Assembly (NCBI GenBank): GCA_963777605.1 | Contig: CAVZRV010000017.1 | Location: forward strand, 1-15,606 | From: an uncultured Acidobacteriota bacterium | Lineage (GTDB): Bacteria; Acidobacteriota; UBA6911; RPQK01; JAPXNP01 | Length of the DNA: 15,606 bases | Reading direction: 5' to 3' | Shown here: positions 7,243-15,606 of the stretch, piece after piece | How the letters are laid out: each line of letters begins with the position of its first letter | How positions within the stretch are numbered: position 1 is the first letter of the stretch | Translations under genes and position numbers: made by a program | Notes under the pieces: model-generated | Told to the model about the DNA's origin: nothing | The model's database searches: none | Seen by the model: only the letters and a program-made list of their open reading frames with translations

Positions 7243-8037
7243 GGCATTGTCAACTTAAGGCGATAGCGGCGCAGATCAGGCTTTTCACCTTTCCTTCTAA
7301 TAAACGCACGTTGCCTCATTCCAGCACGTAAATGCCTGCTCTCGAAGCAGTCGGTGGTGCCTGGATTTGAGCAGATGACGTCCTACTCTGAACAAGTTCT
7401 GAACAGCGCCGTGCACCGAAAGAAAGCGTTGCGTTTGAGCGACAGACTTGAAGCCACGCAGTTTGCGTTCTTGTTGACGAGTTGGCTGGTGGGAGACTTC
7501 GGCCCGATTGTTCTGGTATTGACCCGTTTGGTGCACTACGGACGGAAAGACCTCACGATGGGCGGCTGAATAGCTCCGAAGTTTGTCAGTCACGAGCTGC
7601 CAAGGCACCCGGCCTTGGTGCTTGAGTGCCTTTCGAAAGAAGCGTTGAGCGGCCCGACGGTCTCTGCGCTTCGTGACCAGAATATCGATGACATCGCCGT
7701 CCTGGTCGACCGCCCGCCACAGGTAGTGGCGTTCGCCCCTGATCGTAATGAACAGTTCATCGACGTGCCAGATGTCTCCGAGCCGCCCCTGTTTCCGTCG
7801 CAGGGAACAAGCATAAGTCGGACCAAACTTTGCACACCAGTATCGAATCGCCTCGTATGAGACGCGATTCCACGTTCGGCGAGCAGGTCCTCCACATCAC
7901 GTAGACTCAACGTGAACCGATGGTATAGCCACACAGCGTGACTGATGATTTCCGGAGGGAAGCGGTGGCCCCTGTAGTTGGGTTTCATGGAGCAATTGTC
8001 GCTAATCACGCTGACCACGGCTCAACTTGACAAAGCC
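7243..8037 (-). mobile_element. IS6-family element, full length (copy C, 795 bp)
   Basis: IRs GGCATTGTCAACTT (7243-7256) and GGCTTTGTCAAGTT (minus strand from 8037). No flanking TSD found. Confidence 0.93.
7297..7988 (-). pseudogene. IS6-family transposase with one 1-nt frameshift near 7864
   Basis: MKPNYRGHRFPPEIISHAVWLYHRFTLSLRDVEDLLAERGI, then after a frame change VSYEAIRYWCAKFG...WHVDELF...VTDKLRSY...NNRAEVSHQPTR...TCVY. It lacks one C compared with copy D (ATCGCGTC vs ATCGCCGTC). Confidence 0.9.
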
Positions 8038-8080
8038 AGTGTTACCCCTACTGGCTCGAGCAAACAACTAACCGGTGCCG

Positions 8081-9088
8081 TTAGTCACTCCAGGTGTAGT
8101 GCCTTGGCACCCGCACGACCGGGCAGTTCACGATTACACCAGGCTCGGGTCCGACCGTAACCTCACCATTCAGTTCCAGCTTGTCGATCTGGGCCGTGGA
8201 ACGAACCAACGGATAATTATGCCGCCCCTGATCGACGAACAGCACCGGTACCACATCCCACAACGGGCTGTATTGCTCATCCGTGTTACCAGGGCCGATC
8301 GGCATCGGAGCAGAATCCAGGACATTGCGTTGCGCTGGATTGGCATTGCCGAAGACCGGGAAGATATCTGCCTCGGCGCCGCTTGCATGAGTCGCCGCCA
8401 GTTTCGGCGCATAGTTGGTGCCATCCGCAGCAGCGACGCCTTGATTCGAGGCCTCGGTATTGATGTAGAAAACCGTCTTGCCGTTCACGAAGCCCTTGGT
8501 CAGCGGCAAGGTGATTGTGCTGGTTTCCGCCTCCCCATCCTGGATATTCACTGCAACTGCATTGGGTATTGTTCCCTCTGGTGTAACTACGACGGGGCAG
8601 TTGACGACGATATCCGTCGTGTTCAACGTCACCTCGCCGGCATCCCGGGCGGCCAATACGGCGTCTTCGGAAGTCAATTCTTCCGGATCGGCATCCTCAT
8701 TCCAAGTAACCGTGGTCACGCGCCACAACGGGCTGTAGTCCATATCGGCGTTTTCCGAACCCAGCGGATAGGGAATCGAGTCAACGATGTTATGTTGCGT
8801 GAAATTGGTCACCGCATAAATGTCCGCGGTGGCGCCGACATCGATGGCAATGCTCAGCTGGGGCACGAAAGTCGTGCCGTCGGCAATCGCGACATTGAGG
8901 TTCGATGCCTCTGTATTGACATAGTAGATTTTGTAGCCATCATAAAATCCCGTCACCAGTGGCATCGTGATGTTCGGTGCCGCATGTGCGATCCCGGTCA
9001 CGGCGATAAGCGACAGCATTAAGCCCGATAGCAGAGTGAAATACCTCCTACCGCCAATTGACGTACGGAATTTGAAGATTGAATTCAT
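8081..9088 (-). CDS. Secreted protein with two tandem homologous domains (DUF7482-like, from recall)
   Basis: RBS AGGAGAAGG. Signal peptide ending ...GIAHA-A. Two ~145-aa repeats each have ITxPLxxGF, NTEASN, YSPLW and VNCPVV. Confidence 0.85.
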   Translation of the reverse strand: MNSIFKFRTSIGGRRYFTLLSGLMLSLIAVTGIAHAAPNITMPLVTGFYDGYKIYYVNTEASNLNVAIADGTTFVPQLSIAIDVGATADIYAVTNFTQHNIVDSIPYPLGSENADMDYSPLWRVTTVTWNEDADPEELTSEDAVLAARDAGEVTLNTTDIVVNCPVVVTPEGTIPNAVAVNIQDGEAETSTITLPLTKGFVNGKTVFYINTEASNQGVAAADGTNYAPKLAATHASGAEADIFPVFGNANPAQRNVLDSAPMPIGPGNTDEQYSPLWDVVPVLFVDQGRHNYPLVRSTAQIDKLELNGEVTVGPEPGVIVNCPVVRVPRHYTWSD

Positions 9089-9229
9089 GTTCCTTCTCCT
9101 GTGTTGATGGATAACGTCCCGTCGGGACTGTTTTCTTACTGCAGCGCTGTGAATACTAAGCTGCAGTTTAGGCAGACCGCATTTTATTGTGAAGAAACCC
9201 GTGAGTCCGTGATCAACGGACGCTGCGGG

Positions 9230-9244
9230 TGTGACTTTGTCACA
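9230..9244. promoter_or_regulatory. Palindromic Crp/Fnr-type operator candidate TGTGAC-TTT-GTCACA
   Basis: Perfect 6-bp inverted repeat with CRP half-sites TGTGA/TCACA. It lies just past the Crp/Fnr gene stop and about 140 nt upstream of the secreted repeat protein. Confidence 0.65.
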
Positions 9245-9253
9245 GAATCCTAC

Positions 9254-9913
9254 TCACGGGCTTGCGACGTAGAGTTTGTTGTAGATTTCAATGGTTCCCC
9301 GGGAGAGGACAACTTTCCCCTGTCTTTCGAAATGCTTGAGAAGTCGACTAATCACCTCTCGAGACGTGCCCAGGTCATTCGCAATCTCCTGGTGGGTCTT
9401 TCTTAAAGTGTTCTCTTCAGATTTCTCAATCAGGTAGTCGATGAGCCGCTCATCCATCTTTCCAAACGAAATCTCTGAGACGAGCATCATGATCGAGCTC
9501 ATTGCTTCGTTGATCCGAGCATAGATGAAGGCGCGCATTTCTTCATAGTCCCCAATTAGTTTTCGAAAATGCACTGCAGGAATGAGAATGATCTCGGTCT
9601 CGGCGGTGGTGGCCGCATTAGCCAATAATCTTGTGCCGGATAAAAGACACGAGGCGTTCAGGACGCAAATATCTCCGACGCCGATCTCATAGAGAGTAAT
9701 CTCCCGATTGGAGGTCCCCATTTTGAATATTCGTTTCCCACCCGACAAGATGAGGACGAACTCATGGCACTTGTCGCCCTCGAGCTTGACGAGCAAGTCG
9801 GTCGGCAGTTTTTGATATCGAGCTACCGCGAGAAATCTATCTACTAAAGACTGAGGCGCCTTTTTGAAGAAGGGGAAGGCCGCTAAGAGGCGGTCCTTGA
9901 GAGTGCTTTCCAT
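9254..9913 (-). CDS. Crp/Fnr-family transcriptional regulator
   Basis: cNMP-binding-like domain (EGDKC...ILSG...REITLYEIGVGDICVLNASCLL) plus Crp HTH (THQEIANDLGTSREVISRLLKHFERQGKVVLSRGTIEI). Start is 9913 or 9970. Confidence 0.93.
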   Translation of the reverse strand: MESTLKDRLLAAFPFFKKAPQSLVDRFLAVARYQKLPTDLLVKLEGDKCHEFVLILSGGKRIFKMGTSNREITLYEIGVGDICVLNASCLLSGTRLLANAATTAETEIILIPAVHFRKLIGDYEEMRAFIYARINEAMSSIMMLVSEISFGKMDERLIDYLIEKSEENTLRKTHQEIANDLGTSREVISRLLKHFERQGKVVLSRGTIEIYNKLYVASP

Positions 9914-10100
9914 GAAGTCATCAATCTCCCGTCGAGAACTTTTCAGCTGGCTTACGAGCTGCCAGTTCATTCTATGTTCAAGTGGTTCACACCGTATTAG
10001 TTTGCATCTTGGAGGCCACTGGTTACACAAACCATCAAAATCTTGTCCTTTTGTTCTGAAGGAGCCCGTCTCTTAAAGTTGCCCTTGGAGAATTCGAGCG

Positions 10101-11559
10101 ATGGTGAAAACCGCAGCGTGGGTGGTTCTGTTGGTGTTGTGGATCGCAGGAAGTGGCCCCGTCAGGGCGGAAGACCAACTCCTGCGCGCATCTGGTGTCC
10201 GATCACATGGCTCTGTGCAGGCGCAGGAGCGCCCGGGACCGGTCGATGAAGCGGGATCCCCCGACGCTCGACTCGAATCACAGGTCGCGGCTCCGGATAT
10301 CGGGGCCGGGGAAAAGACTCCAACGAAGGACGGGGCGGGTACACCGATGTCCCGGTTACTGAAATTTCATGGATTTCTCGACAGCGTCATGCCCTTCGAG
10401 GAACTCCGGGAGAAGGAACGCGAGTGGTGGCTCAGCACCACTCGGGCTACTCTACGCGCATTCGGTACCGTCAACGAACACTTCGATTTCAAGGTCGGAT
10501 TGGTCGGGCGGATGCTGGTCGGAACGAAGACGATCGACTACGTTCCTTTCATGCCGTGGCACGTCCGGGATGAATTGATCCCGGACGACCCGTTAAGCGA
10601 GCGCCCAGGAACGGGCCACTACCTGGTCGGTGAAGCTGAAGGAGATCTCTACGTCCAGGAGGCCTACGGGAACATCAGCGCGGGGCGGCTCTTCCTGAGA
10701 TTGGGGCGTCAGAAGATTGAGACCGGCGTCGGCTATTCCTACACTCCCACAGATCTTCTCAACCGAAAGAACCCTCTCGACCCGACTTACGAGCCGGACG
10801 GCTTTGACGCTGCCCGGGTCGGGTTCAAGGTGTCGTCGCAGTCCGATTTCCAGTTGCTGGTGGTGCCCCGGGGTGTTCCTGCCTACCTGGCTCGGCTCGA
10901 GAAGCGGGCGGGGACCGGGAAGTTTGCTCTTCAGTTCACATCCGTTGCCAGGCCCAGGGTCAACTGGAACGCCATGAACACCTCCGCGGGGCTGGACCGG
11001 TTGTACGAAGGGGCCTTGGTCGCCGATTTCGAGTCCGACTACCGCTGGAACCAGGTTTCCGGAGAGCTCGTCCGTGAGGTTCAGGGAACGCGAGTTCACG
11101 GAGAGGCCGGGGTTGCGTTCATCCAGGACCGGCCCGGAAGTGACATCCCGCCCGAGTTCATCCGGAATCACCTTCGGATCCTGGCAGGACTCGAACGGAC
11201 TTTCGACTCAAGTCTCCGCCTGATATTCGAATACATGCGACAGGGTGACGGACGGGCCGGAGGCATTCCCATCGACCTCAACGACATGATGGCTTTCAAT
11301 GTCGGGGAAACCCTTGCAGCGGACCGGGACAACCTCTACGGTGAACTGTCAGACCCAGTCGCCCGAAAGACGGAGTTGAAGTTCAAGTCTCTGGCCGTCC
11401 TCAACCACGCGGCCGTATTCGTCAATCCCTGGCTCAACTTCGATCTCCGTTCCAATCTGAGATGTTCGGTCTCGGTTTATTAAGTTTTTCGGTACGACCG
11501 GAAGTTCGTGTGAGGACGTCGGGATCGGGGCCTACGGAGAGCTGAAAGCGAGCTTCTGA
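10101..11559 (+). CDS. Outer-membrane beta-barrel/porin-like protein, last 25 codons out of frame
   Basis: Signal peptide, and LRLGRQKIETGVGYSYTPTDLLN followed by amphipathic beta-strands. The ORF stops at 11483, but removing one T at 11480-11481 gives ...SVYKFFGTTGSSCEDVGIGAYGELKASF*, ending in the C-terminal Phe typical of OMPs. Confidence 0.75.
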
Positions 11560-11747
11560 GAGGGGTTCATCCGAGTGACGACGTCCGGAGAAGTGGCTGC
11601 CACGGTACTCCTCGTCCGACCCGGACAACTCGCTACCATGCCCGTCGCCCCCCCTCTGAGGAGACTCGTGGCGCGGAATCTGGTCTCCAGACGGTGTTCT
11701 CTGCGGGAAGTAAACCATTTCGGCAGGATCTACGTCTCGTAAAGTAA

Positions 11748-12614
11748 ATGAAGAATCGGTTGATCCTCGTCCTCATCTTCCTTGGGACACAGGTTCTGGC
11801 GCAGGAAGGGGCGCTCAAAGTCACTCCGGAGCCAGACCTCGACACGCTCATGGAGAAGGTCCTCGAGCGCCGCGATGTGAACTGGAGAGAGGCCCAGGAC
11901 TTCATCTTTCGGGAGCAGGTAGATCTGGAATGTAGGGGATTCGACGTCGCCCCGGAAGAAAGCTACCGCAAGGAATACGAATGGTATTACCGGGGCGGCA
12001 ACCTTGTGCGCCGTCTGGTCCGTTCTGATGGAGTCAAGGTAGACGGGCCGGAAGAGAAGTGGGACCCGGAGCAAAGCAAGAAGAAGCAGCCGCTCTCGCG
12101 CGAAAACTTCTTCGGATTCAAGTTCGAGCCGGGCAACTACTTTCTGGTGGGAAAAGAGGAGTTCGAAGGAAGAAACGTACTCGTCGTCGAATACTACCCA
12201 CAACATCTGTTCGACGATGCGGACGATGCTGGAGAAGAGGGGGAGGGGAGCGAAGCCGAACGCGACTTCGAGCAGGCCTTTGAAAAGACCTCTCTGGTCA
12301 GGCTCTGGATCGATCCGAGCGAATACCAAATCGTCAAAATGACCTTCGAAAACGTTGGCTTGGAATTTCTCCCCTATCGATGGCTCGTGCGGATCGACGA
12401 CATCAGCGCGACCCTGATCATGGACAAGCCGATCTCAACCATCTGGTTGCCCAAAAAGATCACGGCCACGGGAAAGGTTTCGACGGCAGCCGCTTCTCTT
12501 ACGGTGAAATTCGAAAGGACGTTTTTTGACTATCGCGAGGCCGATGTGAGCGTCCGCTTTCAGTTCGAGCGGCCTGCGCCGCAAAACAAGCCCGATCAAC
12601 CTCCTGTTCCCTGA
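11748..12614 (+). CDS. Secreted hypothetical protein, possibly outer-membrane lipoprotein-sorting/LolA-like fold
   Basis: Signal peptide MKNRLILVLIFLGTQVLA-Q. Beta-rich segments GKEEFEGRNVLVVEY, VRLWIDPSEYQIVKM and IWLPKKI. The fold is a guess. Confidence 0.75.
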   Translation: MKNRLILVLIFLGTQVLAQEGALKVTPEPDLDTLMEKVLERRDVNWREAQDFIFREQVDLECRGFDVAPEESYRKEYEWYYRGGNLVRRLVRSDGVKVDGPEEKWDPEQSKKKQPLSRENFFGFKFEPGNYFLVGKEEFEGRNVLVVEYYPQHLFDDADDAGEEGEGSEAERDFEQAFEKTSLVRLWIDPSEYQIVKMTFENVGLEFLPYRWLVRIDDISATLIMDKPISTIWLPKKITATGKVSTAAASLTVKFERTFFDYREADVSVRFQFERPAPQNKPDQPPVP

Positions 12615-12615
12615 C

Positions 12616-13824
12616 ATGATAAATCGGCGACTGCTCGAAATTGGAGTTGTTTTCAGCTTTCTCTGCGTGTGCCATGCCGATGTTCGGATTGCCGGAATCC
12701 GGTTTCATGGCAACTACTCGATCCCTGACGAGGAGCTCCGTCAGTTGGTGGAACTAAAGCCGGGAATGACGGTTTCCGAAGCCGACCTGAAGCAGGTACG
12801 GAGTCGGCTTTTGCGCACTGGCCGTTTCGAGTCCGTTGAAGTCAGAAGGCGTTATGGGGCCTTACAGCAGAACAGTAGGGTATTTCTCATCATCGCAGTC
12901 AAGGAGAAGGTCCCTTTTTCCAAAAAGATCCAGTTCGGTCCCCTCGTTCACTATGCGGACGAGTATGGATTTACGTACGGTGGTCGGACCACGTTCGAGG
13001 ATGTGTTGGGAGCCGGAGAGAGGCTCTCCTTTCCTTTGACCTGGGGTGGAGTTCGGGAGGCGGCTTCCGAGTCTCGTTTCCCGGCTCGGCTGGGCGTTGC
13101 GGATTCCGCCCTGGGGACAGCACGCATCCGACAGGCCGTCAATCCCGCATTCGATAGGGTCGATCGGCGGACGGAACTGGAGGCGGGCCTCGAAAAGCGA
13201 CTCGATCGCTTCCGCTATGGTGTAAACGTCGGCTGGTCCGACGTCTCGTTCGGTGGTGCCGGCGACAGCTTCTCATCGGTGGGGGCGGAAGCCGCTCTGG
13301 ACACGCGCCGGACGAGGATCCTTCCACGCAATGCTGTTTATGCCGGGTTGGACTGGAAACACGTTGCCTTTGGTGGTGACGCCGGCCATCAAGCGGTGCA
13401 CCGGTTCCGGATCGACCTACGCGGGTATCGGGCTTTCCTCGGCCGCTCGGTCCTTGCAGGCCAGGTGCTTCTTCTCCAGAGCACCGGGCCTCTTCCCGAC
13501 TACCTCAAGCCCTTTATCGGCGGTGGATCGACACTCCGGGGATATCCGGCAGGCCGGTTTGTGGGGGACCAGGCTGCGCTAACCTCGGTCGAACTGCGCA
13601 TTCCCTTGACTCCGCCGGGGACGGTCTATCGAGGCGGAATAGACCTCTTCTTCGACACGGGTACCACCTATGACCACGGTACGTCCCTGAGGGACGGCCG
13701 TTTCCACAACGGAGTCGGCGGGGGATTCTGGCTCTTCGTCTTTGGGCTGGGTTTGAAAGCCGATCTTGGATACGATTTGGATCATTCTGTCAGGCTCAAC
13801 GTCGGAACAGGCCTCCGCTTTTAA
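12616..13824 (+). CDS. Omp85/BamA-TamA family outer-membrane protein with a single POTRA domain
   Basis: Signal peptide, POTRA (IRFHGNYSIPDEELRQLVELKPG...RLLRTGRFESVEV), loop-6 motif GGGSTLRGY and terminal GLRF. Starts 1 nt after the upstream stop. Confidence 0.9.
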   Translation: MINRRLLEIGVVFSFLCVCHADVRIAGIRFHGNYSIPDEELRQLVELKPGMTVSEADLKQVRSRLLRTGRFESVEVRRRYGALQQNSRVFLIIAVKEKVPFSKKIQFGPLVHYADEYGFTYGGRTTFEDVLGAGERLSFPLTWGGVREAASESRFPARLGVADSALGTARIRQAVNPAFDRVDRRTELEAGLEKRLDRFRYGVNVGWSDVSFGGAGDSFSSVGAEAALDTRRTRILPRNAVYAGLDWKHVAFGGDAGHQAVHRFRIDLRGYRAFLGRSVLAGQVLLLQSTGPLPDYLKPFIGGGSTLRGYPAGRFVGDQAALTSVELRIPLTPPGTVYRGGIDLFFDTGTTYDHGTSLRDGRFHNGVGGGFWLFVFGLGLKADLGYDLDHSVRLNVGTGLRF

Positions 13825-13985
13825 TCGTGACTCGTCAGGGGAAGCCCGCATTTGGAAGCTACGACGAGAGACCTCCCTCATTTGGAGTGCGGAATCGAAA
13901 GGTTCCGCTTTTACCCAACCCAATTTCGGCACCACCCAGGCCGGGAAGCAACAGCCCCGAGCCTCCCACTCCGAGACCTCCTCCA

Positions 13986-14773
13986 GGCATTGTCAACTTA
14001 AGGCGATAGTGGCGCAGATCAGGCTTTTCACCTTTCCTTCCAATAAACGCACGTTGCCTCATTCCAGCATGTAAATGCCTGCTCTCGAAGCAGTCGGTGG
14101 TGCCTGGATTTGAGCAGATGACGTCCTACTCTGAACAAGTTCTGAACAGCGCCGTGCACCGAAAGAAAGCGTTGCGTTTGAGCGACCGACTTGAAGCCAC
14201 GCCGTTTGCGTTCTTGTTGACGAGTTGGCTGGTGGGAGACTTCGGCCCGATTGTTCTGGTATTGACCCGTTTGGTGCACTACGGACGGAAAGACCTCACG
14301 ATGGGCGGCTGAATAGCTCCGAAGTTTGTCAGTCACGAGTTGCCAAGGCACCCGGCCTTGGTGCTTGAGTGCCTTTCGAAAGAAGCGTTGAGCGGCCCGA
14401 CGGTCTCTGCGCTTCGTGACCGGAATATCGATGACATCGCCGTCCTGGTCGACCGCCCGCCACAGGTAGTGGCGTTCGCCCCTGATCGTAATGAACAGTT
14501 CATCGACGTGCCAGATGTCCCCGAGCCGCCCCTGTTTCCGTCGCAGGGAACAAGCATAAGTCGGCCCAAACTTTGCTCACCAGTATCGAATCGCTTCCTA
14601 TGGGACGGCGATTCCACGTTCGGCGAGCAGGTCCTCTACATCACGTAGACTCAACGTGAACCGGTAATAGAGCCACACTGCATCGCTGAGGATCTCCGCC
14701 GGGAAGCGATGCCCTCGGTAGCGGGGTTCCATTTCCTAATTGTCGGCGGATCGTGCTCAACTTGAACAGTGCC
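13986..14773 (-). mobile_element. IS6-family element (copy D), chimeric, with transposase pseudogene at 14028-14732
   Basis: IRs GGCATTGTCAACTT (13986-13999) and GGCACTGTTCAAGTT (minus strand from 14773). ATG at 14732. In-frame stops TAG (14598-14600) and TGA (14577-14579). Confidence 0.92.
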
Positions 14774-14888
14774 GAACAAAGGCTGCAACAGGACCGGAAC
14801 GGAGACGCATAGGAGCCCAGGATCGCATAGCCATGTGCCGCCTAACTCCTTGAAAAGATGCGTTTGCGTATTATTTGCGCACGACAAC

Positions 14889-14981
14889 GGTCGACATATT
14901 GTGGCACCGCCGGGAAACCAGACGGAAAACTGAGAAGACAAACCTCGACCTACGACTTTGGGAGGAGCCCGTCTACTCGCC
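14889..14981 (+). other. Possible group II intron 3'-end (domain VI) remnant
   Basis: Stem GGTCGA/TCGACC encloses a GAAA-tetraloop hairpin (CCGCCGG-GAAA-CCAGACGG) and is followed by GTCTACTCGCC. This resembles extended DVI ends of bacterial group II introns from recall. No DV or RT is present. Confidence 0.4.
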
Positions 14982-15088
14982 CGGTACCGTCAGGGCAACG
15001 GTCCCGCCAGAACGAGCCTGTCCTCCTCGGAAAACGCCAAGGATGAGATTAGAAGGGCGTTGGGGCGCGAATGAATTGTCTGACCTGA

Positions 15089-15606
15089 TCAATTATTGAT
15101 TGCCGGAATGATTTCGCCGCCGACAATGTCGTCGCGCCAGCGCAGCCAGATGCTTCCTTGCCCGAAGTTCCCCCCGGTGAAGACAACGACAAGATCGAAA
15201 TCGGGAACAACGATCAATTGCTGGCCGCCGTTCCCGGCCGCTGAATAGGCCCGGAAGGTCCCCTCGCGCGAATGCACGGGATTCAGATGCCAGCTAAAGC
15301 CATCTGCACCGCCGATATAGACATTGGAAAATTGGTCGGGTGCGAGACCTGTCGTCGCCGGCGTGATTTCGATTTTCGGCGTGGTCGATTCCTTGACCCA
15401 GTTTTCGCTGACGATGCGCGTTTCATTCCAGACGCCGCCGTCGAGATAGGTTTGGCCAAGTTTGAGGAGATCGCGAGGCAGTATATAGGCCCCGCCGCCG
15501 AGATAGCCCTCCCCCGTCGGCATCAGGTTCCAGTACCATCGCCCGAATTTCAGCGGCCGAGCGATCGCCTGTTCAAAGAGCGCCGGAACGGGGCTTCCTG
15601 TCGCGG
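15089..15606 (-). CDS. Serine hydrolase (beta-lactamase class C/NylB-like), 3' part only, 5' end outside the window
   Basis: The frame is open to the window edge: ...LFEQAIARPLKF...GGGAYILPRDLLKLGQTYLDGGVWNETRIVSENWVKEST...AAGNGGQQLIVVPDFDLVVVFTG. Confidence 0.88.
   Translation of the reverse strand, partial: ATGSPVPALFEQAIARPLKFGRWYWNLMPTGEGYLGGGAYILPRDLLKLGQTYLDGGVWNETRIVSENWVKESTTPKIEITPATTGLAPDQFSNVYIGGADGFSWHLNPVHSREGTFRAYSAAGNGGQQLIVVPDFDLVVVFTGGNFGQGSIWLRWRDDIVGGEIIPAINN

Noticed and set aside
7235-14781. 8-bp target-site duplications for the IS6 copies
   Set aside because: Flanks at 472, 5703, 7242, 8038, 13985 and 14774 do not match each other.

Overview
An IS-rich accessory region from a GC-rich Gram-negative bacterium. 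The gene repertoire looks Acidobacteria-like, but that is an inference. The left half carries a compact minus-strand cluster that looks like an undescribed RiPP or protein-modification system. It has a near-consensus sigma70 promoter, a radical SAM/SPASM enzyme (4318-5565), a Cys-motif domain fused to a class I methyltransferase (2790-4289), and a tightly coupled 196-aa protein with 22 His-x-Asp triplets (2196-2786). A secreted serine hydrolase follows (523-1883, frameshifted). The rSAM ends in its own HGD-HWD tail, and a 2-nt correction there would fuse it in frame to the methyltransferase protein. The cluster sits between IS6-family ends. The middle is a nest of IS elements: an intact IS4 with a 9-bp TSD inside an IS6 remnant, next to a full-length frameshifted IS6. 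Then come a secreted two-domain repeat protein, a Crp/Fnr regulator with a palindromic site, a beta-barrel protein, a secreted protein and an Omp85/TamA-like gene. The window ends with a chimeric IS6, a possible group II intron 3' remnant and the 3' part of a second serine hydrolase. Several single-base frameshifts could be sequencing errors or real decay.
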